64,000 nt of DNA from an uncultured Beijerinckiaceae bacterium (GTDB taxonomy: Bacteria; Pseudomonadota; Alphaproteobacteria; Rhizobiales; Beijerinckiaceae). The position numbers and the translations under genes were made by a program. The stretch is from NCBI GenBank assembly GCA_964235705.1, contig CAXSDP010000014.1:2605-66604 (forward strand). Reading direction: 5' to 3'. Positions 25,968-35,824 of the stretch are shown here, one piece after another (the stretch's first letter is position 1; each line of letters opens with the position of its first letter). The notes below the pieces were generated by a model. That model saw only the letters and a list, made by a program, of their open reading frames with translations. It made no database searches and was not told the DNA's origin.

Positions 25968-26597
25968 TCAGGGTGACGGCCAGGCGGCCGCTTCGATTTG
26001 GGCGAAGGTCGTGATCGTCGGCTGCGCGGCGGTGATGCCGGCGGCGAGGTCGTTGAGGACGCCCCGGCTCTTGGCGACGACGGCGTCGGCCAGGTTGCCC
26101 AGCAGCACGGCCTGCGCGGCGCTCACCGTCGCCGGCGAGTAGTCGACGTTGGAGTAGGGGTTGGTCGCGTAAACGGTGGCGGCGTTGCGCATCCCCCACG
26201 CGGCGAGGCGCGCCATCGCGTTCTGGCCGCGCTCATCGAGCTTGGTCGTCAGGGGGAGCGGCGCCGCCGACGTGCCGACGTTGAAGCTCCACACCTGCGC
26301 GAGCACCCTGCCCTGCTTGGCGTCGGCGTAGGCCAGCAGCTGCGCCACCGTGGGCGGCGTCGCCGTCACGGGCGCGGGCGGGCCGCCGGGCGCCGGCGGC
26401 GCGAAGGCGACACCATCCGCCGTGGTCCAGTTCGGCGCCACGCCGGCGATCGCCGTGACGTCGGCGAAGGCGAGCCCCACGAAGACGGTCTTGCCCGGCT
26501 CCAGCGCCGGGTCGAGGGGCTGCGTCACCTCCATCACCGTGGCCGGACGCGCGCCCGTCGGCGCGGCGTCGAGGCGGGCCCAGACGCGATTGGTCAT
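25968..26597 (-). CDS. Tail fibre assembly chaperone-like protein (DUF4376-like)
   Basis: QLLAYADAK...ITTFAQIEAAAWP; follows a fibre gene. Confidence 0.75.
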   Translation of the reverse strand: MTNRVWARLDAAPTGARPATVMEVTQPLDPALEPGKTVFVGLAFADVTAIAGVAPNWTTADGVAFAPPAPGGPPAPVTATPPTVAQLLAYADAKQGRVLAQVWSFNVGTSAAPLPLTTKLDERGQNAMARLAAWGMRNAATVYATNPYSNVDYSPATVSAAQAVLLGNLADAVVAKSRGVLNDLAAGITAAQPTITTFAQIEAAAWPSP

Positions 26598-26606
26598 GGC
26601 AAGCCC

Positions 26607-29600
26607 TTAGAACGTCAGCTTGAGGAAGCCGCCGCCACCCGAAACCAGGTTGTACGGCGCGCCGGCGAGGTTGATGAGGCCGCCACTCCCCTGCCCCGGC
26701 GTGTTCACCGTGACGTTGCCGGAGCTGTCCTCGCTGAGATGGCCGCCGGTGGCGGAGAGAGGGCCGAAGGCACTGCTGCCCCCGACCGATGACGCTCCGC
26801 CGTTGGTATTGTTTTGAGCGCCGCCGTAGCCGCCGACGACGTAGTAGATCTGCTGCCCCGGCGTGACGTTCAGCGTGCCGTAGGCGTAGCCGCCGAGCGG
26901 TCCATTGGTGGTCGTGCTCTGGTTGTTCCCACCATTGTCATCGTAGAAGAACGTGATGGGTCCGGCGTCCCCGCCGCGCAGCTCGACGTAGAGCCAGGTC
27001 ACGCCGGCTGGCACCGTGAAGATGCCGCTGCCGCTGCCGAAGAACGTGCCGCCGTGCGGGCTGACGAGGTTGCCGTAGCTGCCGGCGTTCAGCGCGTTCT
27101 GGTCGAGCGTCCCAGCGACGAGCACGTTACCGGCGATCTCGACGTTGGCCTCGATCAGCAGGGTGGTGTTGAGCGTCCCGTCCGGGTTCAGCACGCCGGA
27201 CAGGATCAAGCCGCCGGTCTGCCCGTCGATCGTGATGCCGAGGAAGTACTGCGCCTCGATGCCGTTCAGCGAGGCGCCGAGCTGCTGCAGGGTGGCGGTG
27301 TGACCACCGACCGTGGTGGACAGGTTCGAGAGGTTCGTCGACAGCGCCTGGTCGCCGGTGGCGCGCGCGACGCTCTCGTTGGTGATGGCGGCGGTGTTCC
27401 CGTTCACCGTCGAGGTCAGGCTGGTCAGGCTCGCCGACAGCGCGCTGTCGGCGTCGGTGCGGGTCGCGGCTTCCTGGTTGACCGCCGCCGTGTTGGAGCC
27501 GACGGCCGCGTTGGTCTGCGCGATCTGCCCGGCGAGTGACTGGTCGGCCGTGCTTCGGGTCGTGGCCTCGTTGGAGATGGACGAGGTGTTGGCGCCGACC
27601 GTCGTGGTGAGGGTGGCCACCGTCGCCGCGACCGCGTCGGTCGCCGTGGCCGCCACGGCCGCGTTGTTGGCGATCGTCGCGTTGATCGCGGGCACGTTCG
27701 CCTGGGTGCCCGGCGAGTACGGTGACAGGATCGTCTGGCCCGCGGAGGCGGTGCGGGAGAACGGGTGCGTGAAGAAGCCGGCGCAGGCCACGTTGGCGGT
27801 GGGCGCGAAGGTGCGCAGCAGCAGGCAACGCGCGACGGTGTCGGCCGGCGCGGTCGAGAAGCCGCCGATCTGGGTGAAGCCGGCGAGGTTCCCGCCGGCC
27901 GGGTTCCCGCCGCTCGTCTGCGAGCCTTGCGCGTAGGCCAGGACGGTGCCGTTGCCGTCGATGTAGCCGACGTAGATCAGCAGCGCCTGCGCCGCCTGAC
28001 CGGCCGCCAGCACGCTCGCCTCGTAGGTGATGCCCGGTTCGGCCGCCATGTGGGGGCTTGCCCAGTCGGCGTACTGTCCCGCGGCGGTCGTGGCCGGCAG
28101 CAGCGTCGCGAGGACGTTGACCGAGGCGTTCGTGTAGCCGGCCGGGTTGAAGGACTGCTGCGCCCCGGCGAGGATCGATCCGAAGCCCCAGCCGTCGTCG
28201 CCGTTCAGGTCCGAGTTGGCGAGGTCGTTGCCGCCGCCGACCGCGCCCTGCGCGTTGGCCGTGAGCGTCGACACCTCGCTGGCGATCGCGCTCTCGGCCG
28301 TCGTGCGGGCGACGGCCTCGTTGGAGATCGCGGCGTTCAGCGCGCCGGTTTGAGCCGACAACGACGCGATGGAGGCGGCGAGCGCCGCGTCGGCGTCGGT
28401 GCGGGTCGCGGCCTCCTGGTTGATGGCGGCGGTGTTGCCGCCGGTGGCGGAGTTCAACGTGGCGATCTGGCCGGCGAGCGACTCGTCGGCCGTGCTTCGG
28501 GTCGTGGCCTCGTTGGAGATGGACGAGGTGTTGGCGCCGACCGTCGTGGTGAGGGTGGCCACCGTCGCCGCGACCGCGTCGGTCGCCGTGGCCGCCACGG
28601 CCGCGTTGTTGGCGATCGTCGCGTTGATCGCGGGCACGTTCGCCTGGGTGCCCGGCGAGTACGGTGACAGGATCGTCTGGCCCGCGGAGGCGGTGCGGGA
28701 GAACGGGTGCGTGAAGAAGCCGGCGCAGGCCACGTTGGCGGTGGGCGCGAAGGTGCGCAGCAGCAGGCAACGCGCGACGGTGTCGGCCGGCGCGGTCGAG
28801 AAGCCGCCGATCTGGGTGAAGCCGGCGAGGTTCCCGCCGGCCGGGTTCCCGCCGCTCGTCTGCGAGCCTTGCGCGTAGGCCAGGACGGTGCCGTTGCCGT
28901 CGATGTAGCCGACGTAGATCAGCAGCGCCTGCGCCGCCTGACCGGCCGCCAGCACGCTCGCCTCGTAGGTGATGCCCGGTTCGGCCGCCATGTGGGGGCT
29001 TGCCCAGTCGGCGTACTGTCCCGCGGCGGTCGTGGCCGGCAGCAGCGTCGCGAGGACGTTGACCGAGGCGTTCGTGTAGCCGGCCGGGTTGAAGGACTGC
29101 TGCGCCCCGGCGAGGATCGATCCGAAGCCCCAGCCGTCGTCGCCGTTCAGGTCCGAGTTGGCGAGGTCGTTGCCGCCGCCGACCGCGCCCTGCGCGTTGG
29201 CCGTGAGCGTCGACACCTCGCTGGCGATCGCGCTCTCGGCCGTCGTGCGGGCGACGGACTCGTTGGAGATCGCGGCGCTCAGCGCGCCGGTCTGGGCCGA
29301 CAGCGACGCGATGGAGGCGGTGAGCGCCGAGTCGGCGTCGGTGCGGGTCGCGGCCTCCTGGGTGATCGCGGCGGTGTTGCCGCCTGTGGCGGCGTTCAGC
29401 GTGGTGATCTGCCCGGAGAGCGATTCGTCAGCGGTGGCCCGGGTCGCCGCCTCCTGGGTGATCGCCGCGCTGTTCCCCCCGACGGTGCTCGTCAGCGTGT
29501 TGATCGTCGCCGAGAGCGCGCTGTCGCCGTCGGCGCGGGTCACCGCCTCCGCCGAGATCCCGGCGGTGTTGCCGTTCACCGTCGCGGTGAGCGTCATGAC

Positions 29601-31022
29601 GGTGTCGGAGATGGCCGTGTCGGCGGTCGTGCGGGCGGTCGCTTCCTGGTTGATGGCGGCGGATAGGTTCGACGCGCTCGAGGCCGTGAGCGACGTGATC
29701 GAAGCGGCGAGCGCCGAGTCGGCGGCGGTGCGGGTCGCGGCCTCCTGGGTGATGGCGGCGGTGTTGCCGCCGGTGGCGGCGTTCAGCGTGGTGATCTGAG
29801 CCGATAGCGCGTCGTCCGCGTCGGCTCGGGTCACCGCCTCCTGGGTGATCGCCGCCGTGTTGCCGTTGACCGTCGCGTTCAGCGTCGTGACGGTGTCGGC
29901 GATGGCCGTGTCGGCAGTCGTGCGGGCGGTCGCCTCCTGGCTGATGGCCGCGGAAAGGTTGCTGCCCGTCGTCGCCGTGAGCGTCTGGATGGAGGTGGCG
30001 AGGGCGCTGTCGGCGTCCGACCTCGCGATGACCTCCTGCGAGATCGCGGCGGTGTTGCCGCCGACGGTGGCGGTCAGGGTCGTCAGCGTGGCCGAGAGCG
30101 CGCTGTCGCCGTCGGCGCGGGCGACCGCCTCCTGTTTGATCGTCGCCTCGTTGGAGGCGACATTGGCCGTGATCGTGGTGATCTCGCCGGCGATCGCGTC
30201 ATCGGCGGTCGACCTGGCGCCGGCCTCGACGGTGATCGCGGACGTGTTGCCGGCGACATCGCCCTGGATGGAGAGGATCGTCGTCGCGACGCCTTGCAGC
30301 TCGTTCAGCGCGCTCGACGCGTCCGCTTGCGCCGCCGTCGTCGCGGCCTGGTTCGATGCGATGGAGGCGGTGGCACTCGAGAAGGCGGCCGTGGTCGCCG
30401 CTTCGTTGGCCTGGATCGCCGCGTTGGCGTCGGCGATCGCCGTGGTGACCTCGCCGAAGGCGGCCGTCGCGGCCGCTTGGTTCGCGGCGATGTCGCCTTG
30501 CGCTTCGGTGATCGCCGCGTCGACCTCGCCGAAGGCGGCCGTCGCGGCCGCCTGGTTCGCGGCGATGTCGCCTTGTGCTTCGGCGATCGCCGCATTGACC
30601 TCGTCGAAGGCCTGCGTCGCGTAGCTGTCGTTCTGCTCGACCAGCGACTGCAGGGATGCGAGGTCGCTGTTGAAGGTGGAGGTCACCGATGCGAGCGCCT
30701 CGGCGTTCGCCGCGCCCTCGCTCGCGATGCCGGACACGAGGTTCGCCACGTCGCCTTGGACGGTGGCCTGTAGACCGGCGAGTTCGGCCTCGATCGCATC
30801 GATCTCCGCCTGCAGCACGCTGCTGGCCCCGGGCAGCACGGCAGCCACGGCGGCCGAGCCCACGCGACCATCGACGCTGACGATCGTGGGCGGCAAGGCG
30901 ATCGCCGCGACGATCGGCGAGGCCGCGACGGAGGTGAGCGCGCCGCGCGAGACCGCCGCGACCTTGGCGCCCGCCGGGGCGACGGAGACGGAGGGCGTGA
31001 CGGTCCGCAGGCTGACGATCAT
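26607..31022 (-). CDS. Long tail fibre / receptor-binding protein (1471 aa) with coiled-coil repeats, duplicated module and Gly-rich tip
   Basis: Many about 29-aa QEAxxRxxAD repeats; 25-aa repeats; GIEAQYFLGITIDGQTGG (DUF1983-like); Gly-rich C-terminus. Confidence 0.85.
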   Translation of the reverse strand: MIVSLRTVTPSVSVAPAGAKVAAVSRGALTSVAASPIVAAIALPPTIVSVDGRVGSAAVAAVLPGASSVLQAEIDAIEAELAGLQATVQGDVANLVSGIASEGAANAEALASVTSTFNSDLASLQSLVEQNDSYATQAFDEVNAAIAEAQGDIAANQAAATAAFGEVDAAITEAQGDIAANQAAATAAFGEVTTAIADANAAIQANEAATTAAFSSATASIASNQAATTAAQADASSALNELQGVATTILSIQGDVAGNTSAITVEAGARSTADDAIAGEITTITANVASNEATIKQEAVARADGDSALSATLTTLTATVGGNTAAISQEVIARSDADSALATSIQTLTATTGSNLSAAISQEATARTTADTAIADTVTTLNATVNGNTAAITQEAVTRADADDALSAQITTLNAATGGNTAAITQEAATRTAADSALAASITSLTASSASNLSAAINQEATARTTADTAISDTVMTLTATVNGNTAGISAEAVTRADGDSALSATINTLTSTVGGNSAAITQEAATRATADESLSGQITTLNAATGGNTAAITQEAATRTDADSALTASIASLSAQTGALSAAISNESVARTTAESAIASEVSTLTANAQGAVGGGNDLANSDLNGDDGWGFGSILAGAQQSFNPAGYTNASVNVLATLLPATTAAGQYADWASPHMAAEPGITYEASVLAAGQAAQALLIYVGYIDGNGTVLAYAQGSQTSGGNPAGGNLAGFTQIGGFSTAPADTVARCLLLRTFAPTANVACAGFFTHPFSRTASAGQTILSPYSPGTQANVPAINATIANNAAVAATATDAVAATVATLTTTVGANTSSISNEATTRSTADESLAGQIATLNSATGGNTAAINQEAATRTDADAALAASIASLSAQTGALNAAISNEAVARTTAESAIASEVSTLTANAQGAVGGGNDLANSDLNGDDGWGFGSILAGAQQSFNPAGYTNASVNVLATLLPATTAAGQYADWASPHMAAEPGITYEASVLAAGQAAQALLIYVGYIDGNGTVLAYAQGSQTSGGNPAGGNLAGFTQIGGFSTAPADTVARCLLLRTFAPTANVACAGFFTHPFSRTASAGQTILSPYSPGTQANVPAINATIANNAAVAATATDAVAATVATLTTTVGANTSSISNEATTRSTADQSLAGQIAQTNAAVGSNTAAVNQEAATRTDADSALSASLTSLTSTVNGNTAAITNESVARATGDQALSTNLSNLSTTVGGHTATLQQLGASLNGIEAQYFLGITIDGQTGGLILSGVLNPDGTLNTTLLIEANVEIAGNVLVAGTLDQNALNAGSYGNLVSPHGGTFFGSGSGIFTVPAGVTWLYVELRGGDAGPITFFYDDNGGNNQSTTTNGPLGGYAYGTLNVTPGQQIYYVVGGYGGAQNNTNGGASSVGGSSAFGPLSATGGHLSEDSSGNVTVNTPGQGSGGLINLAGAPYNLVSGGGGFLKLTF
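27543..29257. repeat. Tandem duplication, 942-bp period, about 773 bp apparently identical (27543-28315 = 28485-29257)
   Basis: Identical translations in several frames at a 942-nt offset; first mismatch found at 28316/29258. Confidence 0.9.
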
Positions 31023-31087
31023 GTCCTAGCCTCAGACGATGGGAATGGACGCGGGCGCGACCCGCCGGCACACGTAGAGCGCCGGGA

Positions 31088-31501
31088 TCAGCTCGTCGGC
31101 GTGGCCGAGGCGAGGATGGCGGTCTCGCGGGCCTGCGTGATCAGGTTGATCGAGACGAGGTAGGCGAGCCCCTGGGTCGTGCGCTGGTCGGTGAGGCTGA
31201 CGAAGCTCGCGCCGGCGGCCATCAGCAGGAACAGCTTCACGCTCACGTCCGTGCTTTGCACGATCGCCGCCTGCTCCGAGCTGGTGAAAAGCCCCAGGAA
31301 CTGCAGGAAGGTGAGCTGCGGCACGGAAGGCGCCGGCGCCGCAGCCGGCGTCGGTGTGTTTCCGGCGGCGACCCAGGCTTGGTAGGCCTGCCAATCGAGG
31401 TTGCCGGGATCGGCGGGGACGTTGGCCCCATCCGCGTCGCGATGGATCATGTTGAGCCGGACGGCGCCGGTCGTGAGGTCGACGATCTGAGTGTAAGCCA
31501 C
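31088..31501 (-). CDS. Tail fibre chaperone-like protein
   Basis: VPADPGNLDWQAYQAWVAAGNTP; LTFLQFLGLFT. Confidence 0.75.
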   Translation of the reverse strand: MAYTQIVDLTTGAVRLNMIHRDADGANVPADPGNLDWQAYQAWVAAGNTPTPAAAPAPSVPQLTFLQFLGLFTSSEQAAIVQSTDVSVKLFLLMAAGASFVSLTDQRTTQGLAYLVSINLITQARETAILASATPTS

Positions 31502-31502
31502 G

Positions 31503-32321
31503 TCAGAGCTCCGCGGAGATGTCGAGAACGGCGCTGGTGTTGTCATTGGCCTGCAGGAACGCCGTGTCGCCCTGCGTCAATGACCCTGACGCCGTGCCGA
31601 TTTGCAGGAGCGCGGTTTGTGGCGAGGAGTCCGAAATGGACAAGGACGTCGAGCTGGTGGCCCCGCCATTCCCGAGCAGTCTGAGCGACGTCTGGGCCGG
31701 TAGAGTGATCGTCGGGTTCGCACGCTTATAGGCGTAGCTGATCGACCCGAAGGAAGTGGACGAGTTGAAGTTCGCGCAGACGCACAGGTTCAAGCGTCCC
31801 GATCCCGAAACGACAACCCTTTCGAAGTAGCGCAGGCACAACGCCATCTCGAGACCGACCGGCCGACGCTCGAACGGCGTCGGCGTGGTGCCGGCTTCAA
31901 GCTGGACGAGCCCGAGGGTGCCGGCCTGGAACGCCACCGTGATCTGCGTTCCTGCCGGGACGCCGCTGACGACGTGAGGGGAGGTGAACGGCCCGAGCAG
32001 CGTGTAGGAGCTACCCGCTGGTGTGAAACCGACGTAGCCGGGCGCGCTACCCGTCCATGACAGGGTGTAGGTCCCACCTGCTACGTTCTGCGCCTCGACG
32101 ACCTGGGAAAGTGTCCCGCTGGCGATCGTCACGAGCGTATCGGGCGTGTTCTGGGTATAGCTGTAGCCGCAGTTCCCACCTCCGTAATCGCGCCAACGAT
32201 CGTGCGCATAGACGCTACTACCCAGCACGGTACCGCTAGCGTAGCCTCGCTGGTTGATCGCGAAGTTGCCGTTGATGAGCAAGTTGCGGCCGAGGTTTAG
32301 CGGCGGCGCGTAGATGTCCAT
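31503..32321 (-). CDS. Tail fibre distal-domain protein
   Basis: RNLLINGNFAINQRG...DRW...VQLEAGTTPTPFERRP...LCLRYFE. Confidence 0.8.
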   Translation of the reverse strand: MDIYAPPLNLGRNLLINGNFAINQRGYASGTVLGSSVYAHDRWRDYGGGNCGYSYTQNTPDTLVTIASGTLSQVVEAQNVAGGTYTLSWTGSAPGYVGFTPAGSSYTLLGPFTSPHVVSGVPAGTQITVAFQAGTLGLVQLEAGTTPTPFERRPVGLEMALCLRYFERVVVSGSGRLNLCVCANFNSSTSFGSISYAYKRANPTITLPAQTSLRLLGNGGATSSTSLSISDSSPQTALLQIGTASGSLTQGDTAFLQANDNTSAVLDISAEL

Positions 32322-32334
32322 CGCGACACCCTCC

Positions 32335-34758
32335 TCAGAGCTGGTACGCGGCGAGCTCGAGGCCCGCGGTCGCGCAGTAGTAGGTGAAGGCCGAGGTTTC
32401 GACGCCGCCGGCGGTGGACTTGGCGTAACCGCCGGCGGGGATGCGGAAGCAGTCGGCTCCGCCGATGCTGGCCGCCCCGCCGAGCGGGTTGATCCACACG
32501 TCGGCCGACTGCGGCGCCTGGATCGTCCAGGCCGTGCGCGAGGTGTTGGCTGCCCAGAGCTGGGTGGAGCTCGCGGCGACGGTAGTCGTGCTACCCGACA
32601 CCGGCGCGCGCGGCGCGGGGCCGACCGTGCCGATGTTGTTTGTCCCGGCCGGCGTGGCGGCGTTCATGGCGACGAAGATGCCCCGCAGCCAGGCGATCGC
32701 TGACCCCGACGTCGACGCGGCCGTCGCCGCCGCGTCGACCTTGGCGCCGAGCGTGACGCTGCTGCCGTCGGCGATCGAGGCCGGCTGCGTCGCTTGCCAA
32801 AAGGTGCCCGAAACGGGCTGGGTAGCTTGGTAGAAGGTGCCGGTGACGGCGATGCTGCCGAGCAGCTTGTCGCGGATCGCGCGCAGCGCGCCGATCGCCG
32901 TCGTGTTGGCACCGCTCACCGTGGCGGCGTCGGTCGTCGAGCCGATCGTCGCCATGCCGCCGTCGGTCGAGGAGACCGGCTGCGTCGCTTGGTAGAACGT
33001 CCCGGTGACCGCAATGCTGCCGAGTAGCTTGTCGCGGATCGCCCGCAAGGCGCCGACGACCGTCGTGTTGGTACCGCTCGCGGTGGCGGCGTCGGTCGTG
33101 GTGCCGATCGTCGCCAAGCTGCCGTCGGTCGAGGAGATCGGCTGCGTCGCCTGCCAGAAGGTGCCCGAGACGGGCTGGGTCGCCTGAAAGAAGGTGCCGG
33201 TGACGGCGATGGTGCCCAGGAGCTTGTCGCGGATCGCGCGCAGGGCACCAATCGCCGTGGTGGCGGCGCCGCTCACAGTGGCGGTGTCGGTTGTCGAGCC
33301 AATCGTCGCAAGGCCGCCGTCGGCCGAGGACACCGGCTGCGTCGCCGGCCAAAAGGTGCCCGACACGGGCTGCGTGGCCTGGTAGAAGGTGCCGGTAACG
33401 GCGATGGTGCCCAGCAGCTTGTCGCGGATCGCCCGCAAGGCACCGACGACCGTCGTGGTGGCGCCGCTCGCCGTGGCGGCATCGGTGGTCGTGCCGATCG
33501 TCGCGAGGCCACCGTCGGTGGACGCGACCGTGAGGGGATTGCCGGTCGGGTTGCCGACCCGGATGCTCTTGAGGCCGTTGGCCGCCGCGATCAGCGCCGT
33601 GGCCGATCCGCTGGTCCAGGCCGTCATCTGCGCCTGCAGGTGGGTGACGCCCCCGCAGGCGAACTCCCATTGGCCGTTCGCTGTGGCGAACCCCACTGCG
33701 GTGCCGCCACCGAACGGCACCATGTTGATCGGGAAGAAGGTGGTGCCGCCATCGACCGAGGCCGACCAGGTGACCATGCCCGCCCAGGTGCCGGCCAACT
33801 GGATCACGGCGGCGTTCATGCCGTCGACGGCCAGCGCGACCACGCTCGTCGCGGCGGCGAGTGGGCCGCTCGCCGACACGCGTGGGGCGTTCGACTGCGT
33901 CGCGGTCTTCAGCGTGCCGGTGAGGAGGCCGAATATCCCGCGCAGCCAGGCGATGGCGGAGCCGCTGGTCGAGCCGCCCGTCGCGGCGACGTCGGCGGGG
34001 GTGCCGAGCGCGGCCTCGACGGCGGCGTCCTTGACGGTCAACGTGGCGCCTAGCGTGCTCAAGACCTGCTGGATCAGGCCAGCGGTCGCCTGTTGCTGCG
34101 CCAGCGTCGCGGCACCCTGCGGCAGGAGCGACAGGGCGTTGAGGTTCGACGTCGACGGCGCGGCGGCGAGCACCGCGCCCTGGCTCGAGTTCAGCCAGAA
34201 CTGGCCGATGATCGCGCCGGTCACGCTGTCGGTGGTGACGAAGTGGTCGACGAAGTCGCCGGAGGCGATGGTGGTGCCGGCGGCGGCGATCGCCTGGTAC
34301 GCCGTCTTGTCGGTGATCGGTGCGGTGCGGTCTTCGGCCGGCTTGACGCCGACGCCGGGCGCGGCGGAGACGGCGCCGGTGATCGTCTTCCAGGTCGGCG
34401 CGCCGCCGGCGGGATTGTCGACGCGGATGAAGTAGGCGCCGGTGTTGTCCGTCCACAGCGTTTCGGCGGCGGTCTGCTGGAGCAACGAGACGATCTGCCC
34501 AAGCAGCGTGTTGGCGGCCGCCTGGTTCGTCGCCGTGGAAGCGGCCGCGGTCGCACCGGCGATCGCCTGCAGCTCGGTGAGCGCGCTCGCCTGCCCCTGC
34601 GCGGTGGCGGGATCGATGATCGCGGCGACGCTGTTCAGCACCACGTGGGCGACGTAGAACGGTCCCAGACCGGCGCCACCGCTGGCATCGGCGAAGCCGT
34701 AGCCGAACGATCCTCCACCGTAGACGCCGCTCAGCTTCGTGGTGAGGCTGAAGGTCAT
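32335..34758 (-). CDS. Ala/Thr/Gly-rich repetitive virion fibre protein (807 aa)
   Basis: About 54-65-aa repeats GTFxQATQPVS...GALRAIRDKLLG; lies among fibre genes. Confidence 0.75.
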   Translation of the reverse strand: MTFSLTTKLSGVYGGGSFGYGFADASGGAGLGPFYVAHVVLNSVAAIIDPATAQGQASALTELQAIAGATAAASTATNQAAANTLLGQIVSLLQQTAAETLWTDNTGAYFIRVDNPAGGAPTWKTITGAVSAAPGVGVKPAEDRTAPITDKTAYQAIAAAGTTIASGDFVDHFVTTDSVTGAIIGQFWLNSSQGAVLAAAPSTSNLNALSLLPQGAATLAQQQATAGLIQQVLSTLGATLTVKDAAVEAALGTPADVAATGGSTSGSAIAWLRGIFGLLTGTLKTATQSNAPRVSASGPLAAATSVVALAVDGMNAAVIQLAGTWAGMVTWSASVDGGTTFFPINMVPFGGGTAVGFATANGQWEFACGGVTHLQAQMTAWTSGSATALIAAANGLKSIRVGNPTGNPLTVASTDGGLATIGTTTDAATASGATTTVVGALRAIRDKLLGTIAVTGTFYQATQPVSGTFWPATQPVSSADGGLATIGSTTDTATVSGAATTAIGALRAIRDKLLGTIAVTGTFFQATQPVSGTFWQATQPISSTDGSLATIGTTTDAATASGTNTTVVGALRAIRDKLLGSIAVTGTFYQATQPVSSTDGGMATIGSTTDAATVSGANTTAIGALRAIRDKLLGSIAVTGTFYQATQPVSGTFWQATQPASIADGSSVTLGAKVDAAATAASTSGSAIAWLRGIFVAMNAATPAGTNNIGTVGPAPRAPVSGSTTTVAASSTQLWAANTSRTAWTIQAPQSADVWINPLGGAASIGGADCFRIPAGGYAKSTAGGVETSAFTYYCATAGLELAAYQL

Positions 34759-34792
34759 GGCTGTCTCTTGATGTCGAGAGGGTCGGGGACGG

Positions 34793-35218
34793 TCAGCGCC
34801 GCGTGACGCCGCCGGCGATCGCGACCGTGAAAGGGCCGGCGACCTGGCCGAGGTTGAGGATCACGCCGTCTGCGGTGGCGATGATGTCCATCACCGCCGA
34901 CGCGCCCGCCGGCAGGCTCGCCGTGCAGCCGGTCGGACCGGTCGCGGGTGCGAGTTCCGGCACGGCGAAGGCGAGTTGGCCGAGCGACCCGTCGACCTGG
35001 AGCAGGCCGTTGGCGGTCGAGATGTCGAGAAGCACCTCGGCATCGGTCGCGGACGGGCGCAGCTGCGCCTCGAAGGCGATGCCGGTGATGTCGAGCGGCT
35101 GGCCGGCGTTGGCAGAGCCTTGCGGCCACTGGAACTGGAGGACGTCACGCCAGTCCGAGTTCGTGGTGACGGAGAAGGACGCCTCGAGCTGCGGCAGCTG
35201 CAGGATGTTCGTCGCCAT
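34793..35218 (-). CDS. Tail fibre adaptor-like protein
   Basis: TNSDWRDVLQF...PLDITGIAFEAQLR...; beta-rich; position among fibre genes. Confidence 0.65.
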   Translation of the reverse strand: MATNILQLPQLEASFSVTTNSDWRDVLQFQWPQGSANAGQPLDITGIAFEAQLRPSATDAEVLLDISTANGLLQVDGSLGQLAFAVPELAPATGPTGCTASLPAGASAVMDIIATADGVILNLGQVAGPFTVAIAGGVTRR

Positions 35219-35230
35219 GGCGGCCTCCGA

Positions 35231-35821
35231 TCAGGCGGTCGGCCAGGCGAAGGCGTCGACCAGCGCGATCGTCGTGACCGTCGGCGGCGCGGCGGTGATC
35301 GCGGCGAGCAGGGTGCCGTGCGCGGCGTAGGTCGCAGACACCCAGGCGCGCACGAGCGTGTCGAGCGTCACGAGCTGCGCGCCGCTCAGCGTGGTGGTCG
35401 CGCCGGCGTTGTCGAGCCACACCCGGGTGCCGGCTGCGTTGGCCTTGCCGAAGTCGGCGAGCTCGGCGAGGTCGTCGCGCGTGGTGCGCGTCCCATCGCT
35501 GAGGGCCGGCACGGCCGGTTGTCCGGACGCGGCGACGTTGAAGGACTGGCCTTTGGCGAGCGCCAGCTGAAAGGCGCGCTGCGCGTGGCTGAGCAGCTGG
35601 GCCACGGTCGCCTGCGCCACCGGCGGTGGGGTCAGCGTGGTTCCGTCGTAGCTCCAACCTATCCCGGCAACGTTGCTGGCCACCGTCGTCCTTCCCTCGG
35701 GATCTTTCCAGGCGTCCGTGGCGTGGACGGTGGCGACGACCTGGCGCGGCCAAGTGGTGCCGGCGTCGATGATGCAGATCGTCTTGGCGACGGCGGTGGT
35801 GGGCGCGGTCTGGTCAGCCAT
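35231..35821 (-). CDS. Tail fibre assembly chaperone-like protein (DUF4376-like)
   Basis: QATVAQLLSHA...VTTIALVDAFAWP; paralogous to 25968-26597. Confidence 0.75.
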   Translation of the reverse strand: MADQTAPTTAVAKTICIIDAGTTWPRQVVATVHATDAWKDPEGRTTVASNVAGIGWSYDGTTLTPPPVAQATVAQLLSHAQRAFQLALAKGQSFNVAASGQPAVPALSDGTRTTRDDLAELADFGKANAAGTRVWLDNAGATTTLSGAQLVTLDTLVRAWVSATYAAHGTLLAAITAAPPTVTTIALVDAFAWPTA

Positions 35822-35824
35822 CCA

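Noticed and set aside
27543-29257. Possible DGR template/variable repeat pair
   Set aside because: The copies are in-frame tandem and apparently identical with no adenine-specific mismatches, and there is no reverse transcriptase in the window.
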